Below are positions 27,879 through 38,467 of a DNA stretch of 64,000 bases, in pieces. The stretch is taken from contig JAZDMX010000017.1 of assembly GCA_043800555.1 (NCBI GenBank), positions 4,068 to 68,067 on the forward strand, in the 5' to 3' direction. Both the position numbers and the translations under genes were made by a program. Source of the DNA: Candidatus Omnitrophota bacterium (GTDB lineage: Bacteria > Omnitrophota > Gorgyraeia > Gygaellales > Profunditerraquicolaceae). A model generated the notes under the pieces. That model made no database searches, was not told where the DNA came from, and was given only the letters and a program-made list of their open reading frames with translations. The number at the start of each line of letters is the position of its first letter. Within the stretch, counting starts at the first letter, position 1.

Positions 27879-29576
27879 ATGAACAAACGCAAGATAAAGT
27901 TATTCTTCCGGATGCATTGGATCGCCATAAGCGTAAGCGTGCTATGCGCTATAATCGCCATATCCTTTGTCTTCTTCCTGCGCAGCGCTATCGAAGCCTG
28001 GGTCACCTCCGAATCCTATTTCAAAAAAACAGCCCTTGCGCAATACGGGTTATTCTTCTATATATTCCTTGTCTTAAACCTTATAAGCTTGCCATTAAGC
28101 GGGGCGCTCTGGCTCTGGTTAATGCAAGGCGGCCATATGAAATTCAGCCAAATCGGCAAGAAAGCAGTCGAAGGCAAGGATATCCGTATCCGCTGGAATG
28201 ACGTTATCGGGATGGATGAGGCTAAGGAAGAGGCTATGGAGGTTGTCCGGCTAATGACTGACCGCGCGCAATTGCAGCGTATCGGCGGGAAAATCTTAAA
28301 AGGCATCCTGATGATGGGGCCTCCCGGATGCGGAAAAACTTACCTTGCCAAAGCTATTGCTACCGAAGCGAATATGCCTTTCATCGCCATGTCCGGCTCG
28401 GAATTTATCGAGATGTTTGTCGGCGTGGGCGCCAGCCGGATACGCAAGCTTTTTAAACAAGCCCAACAACTGGCCTATGTCGAAGGCGGATGCATAATTT
28501 TTATCGATGAACTTGACGCGGTCGGGGCGCAGCGCGCGGTTGACCGCGGGTTTGGAGGGCAAACCGAATCTAACACCACCTTAAACCAGCTTCTTATCGA
28601 GATGGACGGCCTGAAAGATAAGGAGCATAACGTCGTGATTATCGGGGCGACTAACGCCCCGGAAACTTTTCTCGATCAGGCCCTGCTTAGGCCCGGGAGA
28701 TTCGACCGTAAGATTTATGTCGAGTTGCCCAACCTGGAAGAACGCCAGAAGCTATTTGAATACTATTTGAAAAGCGTCAAATACGATTCGTCGCTGGATA
28801 CAATACGGCTTGCCAGATTAACCGTCTCCAACAGCCCGGCGGATATTTCAAACCTGGTCAGGGAAGCGGCCCTTATCGCGGTGCGCAACCGGAAAGAACT
28901 GATTTCGATGAAAGAAATTTCCGAAGCCTATGACCGGGTGGAAATGGGCGTAAAGCATAAAGTTGTTTCTACCCCGGAAGAAAGAAAGAAAATTGCTTAT
29001 CATGAAGCCGGCCATGCCATCGCAATGTATTTCCTGGCCCCGCATTCCGACGTTTTTAAAGCCACGATACTGGCCCGCGGAGGCGCTTTAGGCTTTGTGA
29101 TGCCTCAACCGCGCGAAGAGATACACGTGCGCACAAAAGAACAATACCTGGGAGACATAAAAGTAAACCTCGGTTCCTATGCTGCCGAGAAACTAAAGCT
29201 CCGCACCACTACTTCCGGAGTAAGCCAGGACTTTAACAACGCGACCTGGTATGCGCATAATATGGTCTGGAAATGGGGCATGGGCTCTTCCGGATTAATC
29301 GGCAATTACAGCCTGATCGAAAACATGCGTGAAGACTATGGCTCCTTTAGGGGAGAAAAATCCTCGCTTCTCTCGGAAAAGATTAAAGAACAATTGAATA
29401 ACGATGTGCAAAACATCCTGAATGAATGCTTAAGAGAGGTTGAAGGCCTGCTTAAACGCGAAGAAGGGCTTTTGGACCGTTTTGCGCAAGAACTCCTCAA
29501 TAAAGACGAGCTTAATTATGACGAAATCGAAACCATCTTTAAAGATTTTGGTAAAGAGCGCCCTTTTATTGGTTAG
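27879..29576 (+). CDS. ftsH: FtsH-family ATP-dependent zinc metalloprotease
   Basis: Two TM helices, [31 protein letters not shown]. Confidence 0.92.
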   Translation: MNKRKIKLFFRMHWIAISVSVLCAIIAISFVFFLRSAIEAWVTSESYFKKTALAQYGLFFYIFLVLNLISLPLSGALWLWLMQGGHMKFSQIGKKAVEGKDIRIRWNDVIGMDEAKEEAMEVVRLMTDRAQLQRIGGKILKGILMMGPPGCGKTYLAKAIATEANMPFIAMSGSEFIEMFVGVGASRIRKLFKQAQQLAYVEGGCIIFIDELDAVGAQRAVDRGFGGQTESNTTLNQLLIEMDGLKDKEHNVVIIGATNAPETFLDQALLRPGRFDRKIYVELPNLEERQKLFEYYLKSVKYDSSLDTIRLARLTVSNSPADISNLVREAALIAVRNRKELISMKEISEAYDRVEMGVKHKVVSTPEERKKIAYHEAGHAIAMYFLAPHSDVFKATILARGGALGFVMPQPREEIHVRTKEQYLGDIKVNLGSYAAEKLKLRTTTSGVSQDFNNATWYAHNMVWKWGMGSSGLIGNYSLIENMREDYGSFRGEKSSLLSEKIKEQLNNDVQNILNECLREVEGLLKREEGLLDRFAQELLNKDELNYDEIETIFKDFGKERPFIG

Positions 29577-30384
29577 CGCAATACCCATTCTTTTATCCGG
29601 ATGTTCAAGCCGCATAGAGCCAACCTATAAAGAAAAAGACATTCCACGCCTGATCAGAAAAATATGCAAAGAGGAATATAAATTGGATGTTAGCGCCCAG
29701 CGCGCCGGTAACACCATCTGGATTTACACGCCGTTAGACAAAATATTAAGCAAAGACTACGGGATAAAAGAAGACAAGGTTTTTGACGAAGAGATACTGG
29801 ATAAGCTAAGGAACATTATTTCCACTATCGGCAGGGTATTGATAAGCTCGGATAACACCCCGGAATTCTTCGTATTCACCGCTTCGGATATAAAGCTCGG
29901 TATCGACTACACCATGATCGGAAGCGTGCTGGATATAAAGAAATCCTACGCGGATTTTATCCCCTGGACAGAAGCTAACCGCAGGTATGTAAACAGGTTC
30001 CGGGTATCTCCCGAAGCTATCGGGGATATTCCCGGGCTTCACTTGACTCCCCACGATATTTCTATGGGCGATTTCCTGGCCGAACAGATTGCCCAAAGGA
30101 TCGGCGGAAGGTTTCAAGACGATGAATTAAAGAAATACTTTAAGGTTGAGAAGTCTGAAGGCAACTTAAACGACGGGGTATTCTCTTTTGAGTATTCAAT
30201 AACCCAGACTGCCAAGCCCAAAAGAAAGATTGACATAAATAATGAAACGCTTAAGATTATTGCCTATTGCCTGAAGACTTACGATTTTAACGATTTTATA
30301 GGAATTTCCCTTACGGATTTAAACACGCAGAATAAAACTATTTTCAACAAAACGGCGATTCTTTCCCGCTCTAACAGCCTGTAA
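29518..30384 (+). CDS. Hypothetical lipoprotein
   Basis: Lipobox ILLSGC after a hydrophobic stretch; ATG at 29518. Confidence 0.7.
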   Translation: MTKSKPSLKILVKSALLLVSAIPILLSGCSSRIEPTYKEKDIPRLIRKICKEEYKLDVSAQRAGNTIWIYTPLDKILSKDYGIKEDKVFDEEILDKLRNIISTIGRVLISSDNTPEFFVFTASDIKLGIDYTMIGSVLDIKKSYADFIPWTEANRRYVNRFRVSPEAIGDIPGLHLTPHDISMGDFLAEQIAQRIGGRFQDDELKKYFKVEKSEGNLNDGVFSFEYSITQTAKPKRKIDINNETLKIIAYCLKTYDFNDFIGISLTDLNTQNKTIFNKTAILSRSNSL

Positions 30385-30979
30385 TTATTGCCTTTCTCCC
30401 CCTTAGCTTGACCTTGCCCAACGCAATCAGTTTAATCGCCGCAGGATACAGCAAATGCTCTATTTTGTGGATTTTTGCTTCAAGGGAACTTAATGTGTCG
30501 GCCTCCCTGACCTCAATTCCTTTCTGTAAGATGATCGCCCCGTGGTCCATCTTTTCATCCACAAAATGCACGGTGACTCCGGTCACCTTAACCCCGTAAT
30601 CAAAAACATCCTTTATCGCCTGTGCCCCTTTAAAAGAAGGCAATAGCGACGGGTGAATGTTGATAATACGGTTTTTATAAACCCTCACAAAATAAGGGCT
30701 AAGCATGCGCATAAATCCCGCCATTACGATCAGATCTATACTGTCCTCCTTTAAAAAACGGATTATCTCTTTTTCGAAATCCCCCCTGCGGGCAAAATCC
30801 TCTCTTTGTACCAAAGCTATCTTTATTTTGTATTTCTTTGCCTTTCTTAAAACAGGGGCTTGCGGGTTATCGCAGACAAGCAGCGCCAGCTTAACTTTAA
30901 GCCTCCGGCTTTTTACCGCTTGCGCAATGGCGCTAAAATTCGAACCTCTCCCCGAAGCAAAAACAGCAATGTTTATCAT
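30371..30979 (-). CDS. purN: Phosphoribosylglycinamide formyltransferase
   Basis: IAVFASGRGSN, AGFMRML, NIHPSLLP, GVTVHFVDEKMDHG. Confidence 0.96.
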   Translation of the reverse strand: MINIAVFASGRGSNFSAIAQAVKSRRLKVKLALLVCDNPQAPVLRKAKKYKIKIALVQREDFARRGDFEKEIIRFLKEDSIDLIVMAGFMRMLSPYFVRVYKNRIINIHPSLLPSFKGAQAIKDVFDYGVKVTGVTVHFVDEKMDHGAIILQKGIEVREADTLSSLEAKIHKIEHLLYPAAIKLIALGKVKLRGRKAIITGC

Positions 30980-31092
30980 CTTTCTCTTTCTTGGGCGCAA
31001 TTTTCAAGCCAGCCCCAAAGCGCCCTGCATAGGGAAGCTTTTGCCTGCCTAGCGGCAATCAGGAAAGAGCCGGCCTTAAGAAGAAACCGCCC

Positions 31093-31545
31093 CTATTCTT
31101 TAAGCAGGGCCTTGATTTCTTCGGCCTTCTTCTTGACCGCATCTATAACTGCCTGCGAAGAAACACTGGCTCCGGTAATTGCCTGCACCGTAGACACGTC
31201 TTTAATATTCCTGAACCGATCGGTGAATTCCGGGGCGGTTACGCGGGAACCAATCCCGGGAGTTTCGTTTTGAGATAAAACTTTAATCGCAGAAATAGCC
31301 CCGTCATTCGACATTCCTACAAGCGTATTAATATCGGAGTAGCTTTTTCCGGTAGCCAGGAAACAGGCTCCTATCAATTTGCCCTCTTTATCTTTAGCCT
31401 TGTAATAAACAACCTCTCCCCCTTTTTCTACCGGGATAAAACTGGCTGCGCCAGGCAAAACTTCTTTTAGGGGAAGATCTTCTGCTTGCGCTCCGGTAGA
31501 AAATAACCCTATCGCTAAAATAAAAACCAACGCTAATCTAACCAT
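31093..31545 (-). CDS. Secreted FMN-binding domain protein (RnfG/NqrC-like)
   Basis: ETPGIGS and VQAITGASVSS flavinylation motif. Confidence 0.85.
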   Translation of the reverse strand: MVRLALVFILAIGLFSTGAQAEDLPLKEVLPGAASFIPVEKGGEVVYYKAKDKEGKLIGACFLATGKSYSDINTLVGMSNDGAISAIKVLSQNETPGIGSRVTAPEFTDRFRNIKDVSTVQAITGASVSSQAVIDAVKKKAEEIKALLKE

Positions 31546-32788
31546 GCAATCCGCCGGTTAGTTACAAGGTTAACCGCTCCCAATAAGCTTACGATACAGC
31601 CGACAGTGACCAGAATCGACAAATGCGAAATACGCTCGGCCAGAAAACTACTGATAAACATGAACAAGAGAAACCCAGATGCATAACTATTTCCAGCGAG
31701 CTAAAAACCTTCCCCATCATAGCGTTATCGCTTACCTTATGTATTATAGTGTTTGAAGCGATCATAACCGGAGAAATAACCATACCCAGGACAAACGCCA
31801 AAGCCTCGGCAACGATCAAAAACGGATAGTAATGTATGGTAACAGCAAAGATAATAAGCATCGCGCCGCTCAAGACAAGAGCACTAAAAATCATTTTGTA
31901 GTGCGAAATTCTATGCCCGAAACGGCCATAGAAAAGAGAGCCGGCGAATAAACCCAGTCCTAAGAACATAATCAATAAACCTAAATCCTTGGTAGCTGAA
32001 TGCAGGGTGTTCTGCACAAATACGATTACGACAACGTAAACCGAGCCTAAAGCCGCCCACAAGATAAACATTATCCAGGCGGCAAACCGGATATCTTTTT
32101 TCCGGAAAAAATATAATACCCCCTCTTTAATCTCCTGAAAAACGCTTTTTCTGATTAATTCGACTATCCCCTGCCTTGCTTCTTTAAGGCGAAAAGAGGC
32201 GGACTTAAATTTATTCGCAATCAAAAATATCAGCGTCCCGGAAACAAAAAAACTAAAGGCATCCAGATAAAAACCGCTTTTTGCGCCCAGCCACTCTACC
32301 ACGATTCCGCTTACGCCAAAACCGGCTATGGCCGCGATCATCCCGGTGGTATTCACAAGTGAATTTGCCAATAACAGGTCTTTCTTCTCAACCAAATCCG
32401 GGACCAGGGAGAGTTTTGCCGGAACGAAAAACCTTCCCACGGAAAAAGCCAAAAATATAATTACGTATATCAACGCCAGGCTCTTTGCGTAAAACAAGAA
32501 GAAAGGTATGGTAAAAACCAGCGCCGCCCTAAAAAAATCGCAAGCGTACATAGTCCTGCGCCTATCCCACCTATCCACGTATACGCCGGCTATGGGGCCG
32601 ATCAAGAAAACCGGGATAATGGTAAAAGAGAGGATTTTTGCTATCCCCATTGTTGAGCCCTGGGCCCTTTGATACACAAAGTAGATTAAGGCCATCTGAT
32701 TAAGCCTGTCGCCAAGTTGGGAAATGATCTGCCCGAGCCAAAGCAGGAAAAAATTACGGTTTTCTAATACCTCGCGGAAATGGGACAT
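31533..32788 (-). CDS. MFS transporter; 3' end frameshifted at ~31672
   Basis: FFLLWLGQIISQLGD, GVYVDRWDRRR; the alternative frame restores FLLFMFISSFLAERISHLSILVTVGCIVSLLGAVNL..WLD*. Confidence 0.85.
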
Positions 32789-32803
32789 ATTATTTAACAA
32801 TAA

Positions 32804-32876
32804 AGCTGGCGAGAGGAATTGAACCTCCGGCCCGCGCTTTACGAAAGCGCTGCTCTGCCAACTGAGCTACGCCAGC
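32804..32876 (-). tRNA. tRNA-Thr(CGT)
   Basis: GCTGGCGTAGCTCAGTTGGCAGAGCA-GCGCT-TTCGTAA-AGCGC..GGTTCAATTCC..CGCCAGCT. Confidence 0.93.
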
Positions 32877-33011
32877 AAAAATTTACCTTATATTTATGGT
32901 CTTGCTCCCTGCCTGACGCCCGCCAGGAAAACCCGGCGCCAACCGGCTGCATCGACATATCGGGCATACCAAGTTCAGTAATTATACCAGCAATTTAGAT
33001 ATTAGTCCAAG

Positions 33012-33082
33012 AAAAAAAGGGGGACGTTTCTACTTTTCTCGGCTTTAGGCTCAAGAAAAGTAGAAACGTCCCCCTTTTTTTT
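33012..33082. repeat. REP-like palindrome copy 14, between divergent tRNA-Thr and cspA promoters
   Basis: aaaaaaagggggacgtttctactttt-N18-aaaagtagaaacgtcccccttttttt. Confidence 0.97.
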
Positions 33083-33104
33083 GCTCCAAGCGATGAAAAA
33101 ACAT

Positions 33105-33132
33105 TTGACAAAACTAAGAAAAATGCTAAATT
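33105..33132 (+). promoter_or_regulatory. sigma70 promoter for cspA (long 5' UTR)
   Basis: TTGACA-N16-TAAATT with a TG extension; ~195 nt to the start codon, as is typical of csp genes. Confidence 0.6.
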
Positions 33133-33333
33133 ATTAGTATCATTAACGTTGCAAGGAGAAGTTAACATCTTTCAAGAAATAGGCAAAACCGTAAAGCAGG
33201 AATAAACAAAAATATGCTTTGCGGTTTTTTTATACACAAGGCCCCTGGCAGCAAACCGCTAAACGACAAACTGCCCGGGACCAATTTCCCGGTCGGATAA
33301 AATCGGGAAATTTGAGGAGGTGAAAAGAAACAG

Positions 33334-33534
33334 ATGGCAAAAGGCAAAGTGAAATGGTTCTCAAACCAAAAGGGATACGGGTTTATCACCACTGAAGACG
33401 GTAAAGACGTGTTCGTCCATTACAGCGCCCTTAAAAGCGACGGCTACAAGAGCCTCGAAGAAGGCCAAGAGGTAGATTTCGAAGTTACTCAAGGGCCAAA
33501 AGGCGATCAAGCAATTAACGTTACAAAGTTATAA
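33334..33534 (+). CDS. cspA: Cold-shock protein
   Basis: GKVKWF, KGYGFI (RNP1), DVFVHYS (RNP2). Confidence 0.96.
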   Translation: MAKGKVKWFSNQKGYGFITTEDGKDVFVHYSALKSDGYKSLEEGQEVDFEVTQGPKGDQAINVTKL

Positions 33535-33639
33535 AGGTTTGGAGGGATTAATACTAAAGCGGGCAGATTGGCCATTTGCATCTTGCAAGAATGGCTTTCT
33601 GGCTGCGGACGTATAAATAGAATAACACTGAAGTTTTTG

Positions 33640-33685
33640 CTCAAAACAAAAACCCCCGGGGCCTATCGGGGGTTTTTGTTTTGAG
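33640..33685. terminator. Bidirectional intrinsic terminator between cspA and lipA
   Basis: ctcaaaacaaaaacccccg-loop-cgggggtttttgttttgag. Confidence 0.85.
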
Positions 33686-33705
33686 GGCGGATCTACCGCA
33701 CGCCG

Positions 33706-34548
33706 CTAGGCCATCGATAAATACCTCCCGGCTGAATATGAACTGCGCACATATGGAGCGCTTTCAATATGCAAAAATCCTAATTTTTCGCCTTTTTCTT
33801 TATAAAAACTAAATTTCTCCGGGGCAATATATTCTTTCACCGGATAATGGCGCTGGCCGGGAGAAAGATACTGCCCGATACTTAGGAAATCGCATTCTAC
33901 CAAACGTAAATCTTTCATTACCGAGAAAACCTCTTCTTCGCTCTCTCCCAGGCCCAACATAATGCCTGATTTCGTCTTAACCAGCGGAGATATTTTTTTA
34001 ATTATCCGCAGCACCTCCAGCGAACGTAAATAACTCGATCCTTGACGCACTTCTTTATAGAGTGACGGGACAGTTTCCACATTATGCGCGATAATATCCG
34101 GAAATACCCCTGCCACAATAGCCAGCGCCCCTAAAGAGAGCCTGAAATCCGGAATCAAAACCTCAATTGCCGCCTTAGGCGACTTTTGACGGATGCTTAG
34201 GACCGTATCGGCAAAAACTCCTGCTCCTCCATCGGGAAGATCATCCCGGGTAACGCTGGTTATGACCACATGCTTTAAAGAAAGCATCTCTACCGCCTCC
34301 GCGACCCGCCCGGGTTCATCCAGGTCCGGAGCAAGAGGGCTGCCTTTTTCAATATTGCAAAAAGCGCACATACGCGTGCAATACCGGCCGAGTATCAAAA
34401 AAGTAGCTTCATTGCGGGAAAAACACTCTCCCATGTTCGGGCACATCGCTTGTTCGCAAACCGTATTAACCCGCAAGCCTTTCAATAGCTGCTTCACTTT
34501 TAAACAATCCTTGAGGTTTATTTTCTTATCCAGCCAGGGCGGCCTCAT
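33706..34548 (-). CDS. lipA: Lipoyl synthase
   Basis: TVCEQAMCPNMGEC, CTRMCAFC, TSVTRDDLPDGG, VRSSY; start MRPPWL. Confidence 0.96.
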   Translation of the reverse strand: MRPPWLDKKINLKDCLKVKQLLKGLRVNTVCEQAMCPNMGECFSRNEATFLILGRYCTRMCAFCNIEKGSPLAPDLDEPGRVAEAVEMLSLKHVVITSVTRDDLPDGGAGVFADTVLSIRQKSPKAAIEVLIPDFRLSLGALAIVAGVFPDIIAHNVETVPSLYKEVRQGSSYLRSLEVLRIIKKISPLVKTKSGIMLGLGESEEEVFSVMKDLRLVECDFLSIGQYLSPGQRHYPVKEYIAPEKFSFYKEKGEKLGFLHIESAPYVRSSYSAGRYLSMA

Positions 34549-35272
34549 ATAAAGACTCTTTCTCTTGCATAAAACAGGCCCCAAAAGAGCAGGCAAAGGC
34601 ATCAATAAGTTTTTCTTCCAGTTTAACTTTATCCGGAACCGCTGCCAGCTCTTCGCCAAGAGCGGTTACGCTTAAAGATATATCTTCGGGCAATGACTTT
34701 AGGTAGCGGCGCGCATAGCCCCAATCGATGCTACAGGGGATAGAACCATGCTGGAATATAACCCTCCTTCTACGCTTCTGCGCGTTCCCTCCGATTTTCC
34801 TGCCATTAATGACAATATCGTATTTTTCGTAAGACGCGCTGCAAAGCTCGTGCGGGACGCACCTATCCTGGAAACCTGCCGACTCAAGCGCAAAATTTGC
34901 CTGAAGGCCCAAAGATTCATAAAACCGGATAAGAAACGCGCATATCCGCTTATAAGAAACGAGCACTTCCTGCGGTTCTCCCACATCCCGCTTATCGCAA
35001 ACAAAACTATAGGTTATTTCATCATGATGAAAGAGTATCCCTCCGCCGGTAATCCTCTTAACTACCTCAACCCCGTCAGATATACAGCGCTTGGAATCAA
35101 TCTCCCGCCCGGGCTGCTGCGAAACCCCGTAAGTAAAAGAAGGCGCTTTCCAACGGTACAGGCGAAATACCGGTATGCCATCTTCGAGATAACGGTTGAA
35201 TATTTTCTCATCCAGGGCCATATTATAAACGCCGGTTTCCGGATGCGTTCGGATAAGCCTGAATTTTCTCAT
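34526..35272 (-). CDS. Lipoate-protein ligase/octanoyltransferase (LipM/LplA family)
   Basis: NMALDE, KRITGGG, KIGGNAQ, QHGSI. Confidence 0.9.
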   Translation of the reverse strand: MRKFRLIRTHPETGVYNMALDEKIFNRYLEDGIPVFRLYRWKAPSFTYGVSQQPGREIDSKRCISDGVEVVKRITGGGILFHHDEITYSFVCDKRDVGEPQEVLVSYKRICAFLIRFYESLGLQANFALESAGFQDRCVPHELCSASYEKYDIVINGRKIGGNAQKRRRRVIFQHGSIPCSIDWGYARRYLKSLPEDISLSVTALGEELAAVPDKVKLEEKLIDAFACSFGACFMQEKESLYEAALAG

Positions 35273-35286
35273 ATTTTTATTAGCTC

Positions 35287-36735
35287 TTAGGGTTGCCAGC
35301 GCAGGCGCGGTTCGCGCGCGGCTTTTGTCTCATCCAGGCGTTTAACCGGCGTATGAACCGGGGCCCGCGTAACACAGGAGGGGTCTTCTTCGGCGAGGCG
35401 GGCAATTTCAATCATAACTTCAATAAACTCATCCAGCGTTTCTTTTGATTCGGTTTCCGTCGGCTCAATCATAAGCGCTTCTTTGACTATCAAAGGAAAG
35501 TATATTGTCGGAGGATGATACCCTTTATCGATAAGGAATTTGGCAATATCCAACGCGTGGACTCCGTTTTTCGCCTGGCGGGAAGCCGAGAAAACACACT
35601 CATGCATGCAGGCCTTATCAAAAGCGGGCTCGTAATATCCTTTTAGCCTTACCCGGCAATAGTTAGCGTTTAGCACCGCTATTTCGGCTGCCCTAATTAA
35701 TCCGGCTTTGCCTAAACATAACATATAAGCGTAAGCTTTGAGGATTACGCCAAAATTCCCATAAAAAGGCGCTACATAGCCAATCGACTTATGCCGATTA
35801 TAATCCAGGGCCAAGGTCCCGTCTGACCTGCGGATAACCCGCGAAATAGGGAGGAAATCAACTAACTTTTCGCTTACGCCAACTGGCCCTGCGCCCGGCC
35901 CGCCGCCGCCGTGCGGAGTGGCAAATGTTTTATGCAGATTTATATGCACAACGTCAAAACCAAGGTCCCCGGGGCGGGCTTTGCCCAGAAGCGCGTTAAG
36001 ATTAGCGCCATCATAATACATTAAAGCCCCTGCCGCATGCGCCATGTCGGCGATTTTCTTGATATCCGGATTAAAAATACCCAGGGTATCCGGGCAAGTG
36101 AGCATAACTGCCGCGACTTCATCATTTAACTTCTTTTTATACTCTCCTAAATCCATATATCCTTCTTTATCCGTAGGAATCACAATTACCTGATACCCGG
36201 CAATGGCCGCGCTCGCAGGATTTGTCCCATGAGATGAATCCGGGACAATAACATATTTCCTGCGCGAGCCCTTATCTTTATGATAAGCGGCAATAAGCAT
36301 TATACCAGTCAGCTCGCCATGGGCGCCGGCCAAAGGCTGCATGGTAAAAGCGCTCATACCGCTAATCTCGGCAAGAAGTTTTTCCGTTTCATATAATACT
36401 TCCAGCGAGCCCTGGGCAAGCATCCCTCCCCCGGAAAGCTGCGGGAGCAAAGGATGCACTTGCTGAAAGCCCTCGAAAGACGCAACGCGCTCGGTAAATT
36501 TCGGGTTATACTTCATCGTGCATGAACCAAGCGGGTAGAAATTTGTATCCACGGAATAATTAAGCCGGGAAAGATTAGTATAATGCCGCACCACGTCTAA
36601 TTCGCTCAAGGAAGGTAAAAGCGCGCCGCTTAAGCGGCAGTATTTCTTTGCCAAAGGTTTTATTCCGTCAACATCCGCTTTAGCGTATGAAAAACCGCTC
36701 CTGCCTTCTTTGTGTTTTTCGAAAATAAGTCTCAT
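35287..36735 (-). CDS. gcvPB: Glycine dehydrogenase subunit 2
   Basis: YPLGSCTMKYNP, HGTNPASA, HINLHKTF, PHGGGGPG. Confidence 0.96.
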   Translation of the reverse strand: MRLIFEKHKEGRSGFSYAKADVDGIKPLAKKYCRLSGALLPSLSELDVVRHYTNLSRLNYSVDTNFYPLGSCTMKYNPKFTERVASFEGFQQVHPLLPQLSGGGMLAQGSLEVLYETEKLLAEISGMSAFTMQPLAGAHGELTGIMLIAAYHKDKGSRRKYVIVPDSSHGTNPASAAIAGYQVIVIPTDKEGYMDLGEYKKKLNDEVAAVMLTCPDTLGIFNPDIKKIADMAHAAGALMYYDGANLNALLGKARPGDLGFDVVHINLHKTFATPHGGGGPGAGPVGVSEKLVDFLPISRVIRRSDGTLALDYNRHKSIGYVAPFYGNFGVILKAYAYMLCLGKAGLIRAAEIAVLNANYCRVRLKGYYEPAFDKACMHECVFSASRQAKNGVHALDIAKFLIDKGYHPPTIYFPLIVKEALMIEPTETESKETLDEFIEVMIEIARLAEEDPSCVTRAPVHTPVKRLDETKAAREPRLRWQP

Positions 36736-38066
36736 TGTAAAACCGCCTCCAGGCTGTCGGCGAACAGGCAAATCTCCTCTTTTGTCCTTTTTTCGGTAAC
36801 GGCGACCAAGAGGTAATTGTCCATACCTTTATAAAACCTTCCCAAAGGGAAACCGCAGGCAAAACCCTTATCGATCATGCGGTAGACAACCTCATCCGCA
36901 TGCCGTTTAAGGCAAATCGTGAATTCATTGAATGTGGGAGAGCTGGACTTCACCTCCACATCGGGAATACGCGATAAAACTTTCTTGGCAAATTCTGCTT
37001 TCTGATAGTTATGCTCGGCCAATTCTTTTAGCCCATCCCTGCCCAAAAGCGCGGCAAATACCACCGCGCGCAGGGCGCAGAGCGCCTCATTGGAACATAT
37101 ATTGGAGGTGGCTTTTTCGCGGCGGATATGCTGCTCGCGCGTCTGGAGCGTTAAGACAAAACCGCGCTTGCCGTCGCTATCAACCGTCTCCCCGACAATC
37201 CTGCCGGGCATCGAACGCACTATTTCTTTTTTCACGGACATAAAGCCCAGGTATGGCCCGCCAAAAGAAAGAGGGATACCTAAGCTTTGGCCTTCTCCGG
37301 TAGCGATATCAAAACCCATTTCTCCCGGCGGCTTTAACATGCCGAGAGAAACCGGATACACCGAGGCAATTGCCAGGGCCCCGGACTTACGCACGCGCTC
37401 GACAACATCGCTATAGTCGTCAATAGCTCCAAAAAAATTAGGGTTTTGCAGGATCACCGCCGCAGTCTTATCGTCAAGATGTTTAAAAAGCTCCTCCCGC
37501 GAACTCTGGCCGTGCACAACCGGGATCTCTACGAATTCAACGGAAAGATTGGAAGTATAAGTATAAAGCATGGTGCGATAAATCAGGTTCACTCCGCTAT
37601 CCACAATGATTTTATTGCGGCGGGTAAGCCTTACCGCCATCATCGCCGCTTCATAAAGGGCCGTACCGCCGTCATATAATGAAGCGTTGGCAACGTCAAG
37701 GCCCGTAAGCTCGCAAATAACCGTCTGGTATTCGTAGATCGCCTGCAGCCACCCCTGGGAGCATTCCGGTTGATACGGCGTGTAAGCGGTGTAAAATTCC
37801 GGGCGGCCGGCGATCGCCTCCACTGCCGCGGGAATAAAATGGTCATAGAATCCGGCGCCGACAAAATTAGTCAGGTGCGTGGCGTTCTTCGCGGAGAGCT
37901 TGCGTAAATGCTGGGTTACCTCAAACTCCGATTTTGCCGCCGGGATATTGAATGATTTCGGTTTGAGCTCAATAGGGATATCTTTAAAAAGGTCATCGAT
38001 GCTAGCGGCACCAATTACCTTAAGCATTTGCCGGATATCATCCTGCGTATGCGGAATATAACTCAT
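36732..38066 (-). CDS. gcvPA: Glycine dehydrogenase subunit 1
   Basis: EFYTAYTPYQPE, NASLYDG, TREQHIRREKATSNIC. Confidence 0.96.
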   Translation of the reverse strand: MSYIPHTQDDIRQMLKVIGAASIDDLFKDIPIELKPKSFNIPAAKSEFEVTQHLRKLSAKNATHLTNFVGAGFYDHFIPAAVEAIAGRPEFYTAYTPYQPECSQGWLQAIYEYQTVICELTGLDVANASLYDGGTALYEAAMMAVRLTRRNKIIVDSGVNLIYRTMLYTYTSNLSVEFVEIPVVHGQSSREELFKHLDDKTAAVILQNPNFFGAIDDYSDVVERVRKSGALAIASVYPVSLGMLKPPGEMGFDIATGEGQSLGIPLSFGGPYLGFMSVKKEIVRSMPGRIVGETVDSDGKRGFVLTLQTREQHIRREKATSNICSNEALCALRAVVFAALLGRDGLKELAEHNYQKAEFAKKVLSRIPDVEVKSSSPTFNEFTICLKRHADEVVYRMIDKGFACGFPLGRFYKGMDNYLLVAVTEKRTKEEICLFADSLEAVLQ

Positions 38067-38455
38067 TTAGAAAGGCCCTCGACATAATTACGATACTTTA
38101 CCGCATCCATAAGGCTTGACTTCTCCGCTTCATCGGTAATTTCCATTACTAAAAAATAACCCTCTTTATACGCGGATTGGTTAACCAACTCCGGGTGGTT
38201 GGCCAACTCCGGGTTAATCGAAATGACCTTTCCTGAAAAAGGCGAATATACATCCGAAGCAGCTTTAACCGATTCAACCGTAGCGCAAAATTCCGCCTGT
38301 TTCAGGGAATCTCCGATTTTAGGCAAATCAACAAAGGTTATATCGCCTAACAAAGACTGGGCGTAATCGGTAATGCCAATGTAAGCGGCCTTTCCTTCGA
38401 CGCGCGCCCATTCATGCTCCTTAGTGTAAAAAAGACCCTCTGGTATGTTCATCAA
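38063..38455 (-). CDS. gcvH: Glycine cleavage system H protein
   Basis: YTKEHEW, GITDYAQ, VESVKAASDV lipoyl-Lys motif. Confidence 0.96.
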   Translation of the reverse strand: MMNIPEGLFYTKEHEWARVEGKAAYIGITDYAQSLLGDITFVDLPKIGDSLKQAEFCATVESVKAASDVYSPFSGKVISINPELANHPELVNQSAYKEGYFLVMEITDEAEKSSLMDAVKYRNYVEGLSK

Positions 38456-38467
38456 AGCTCCTCTCCT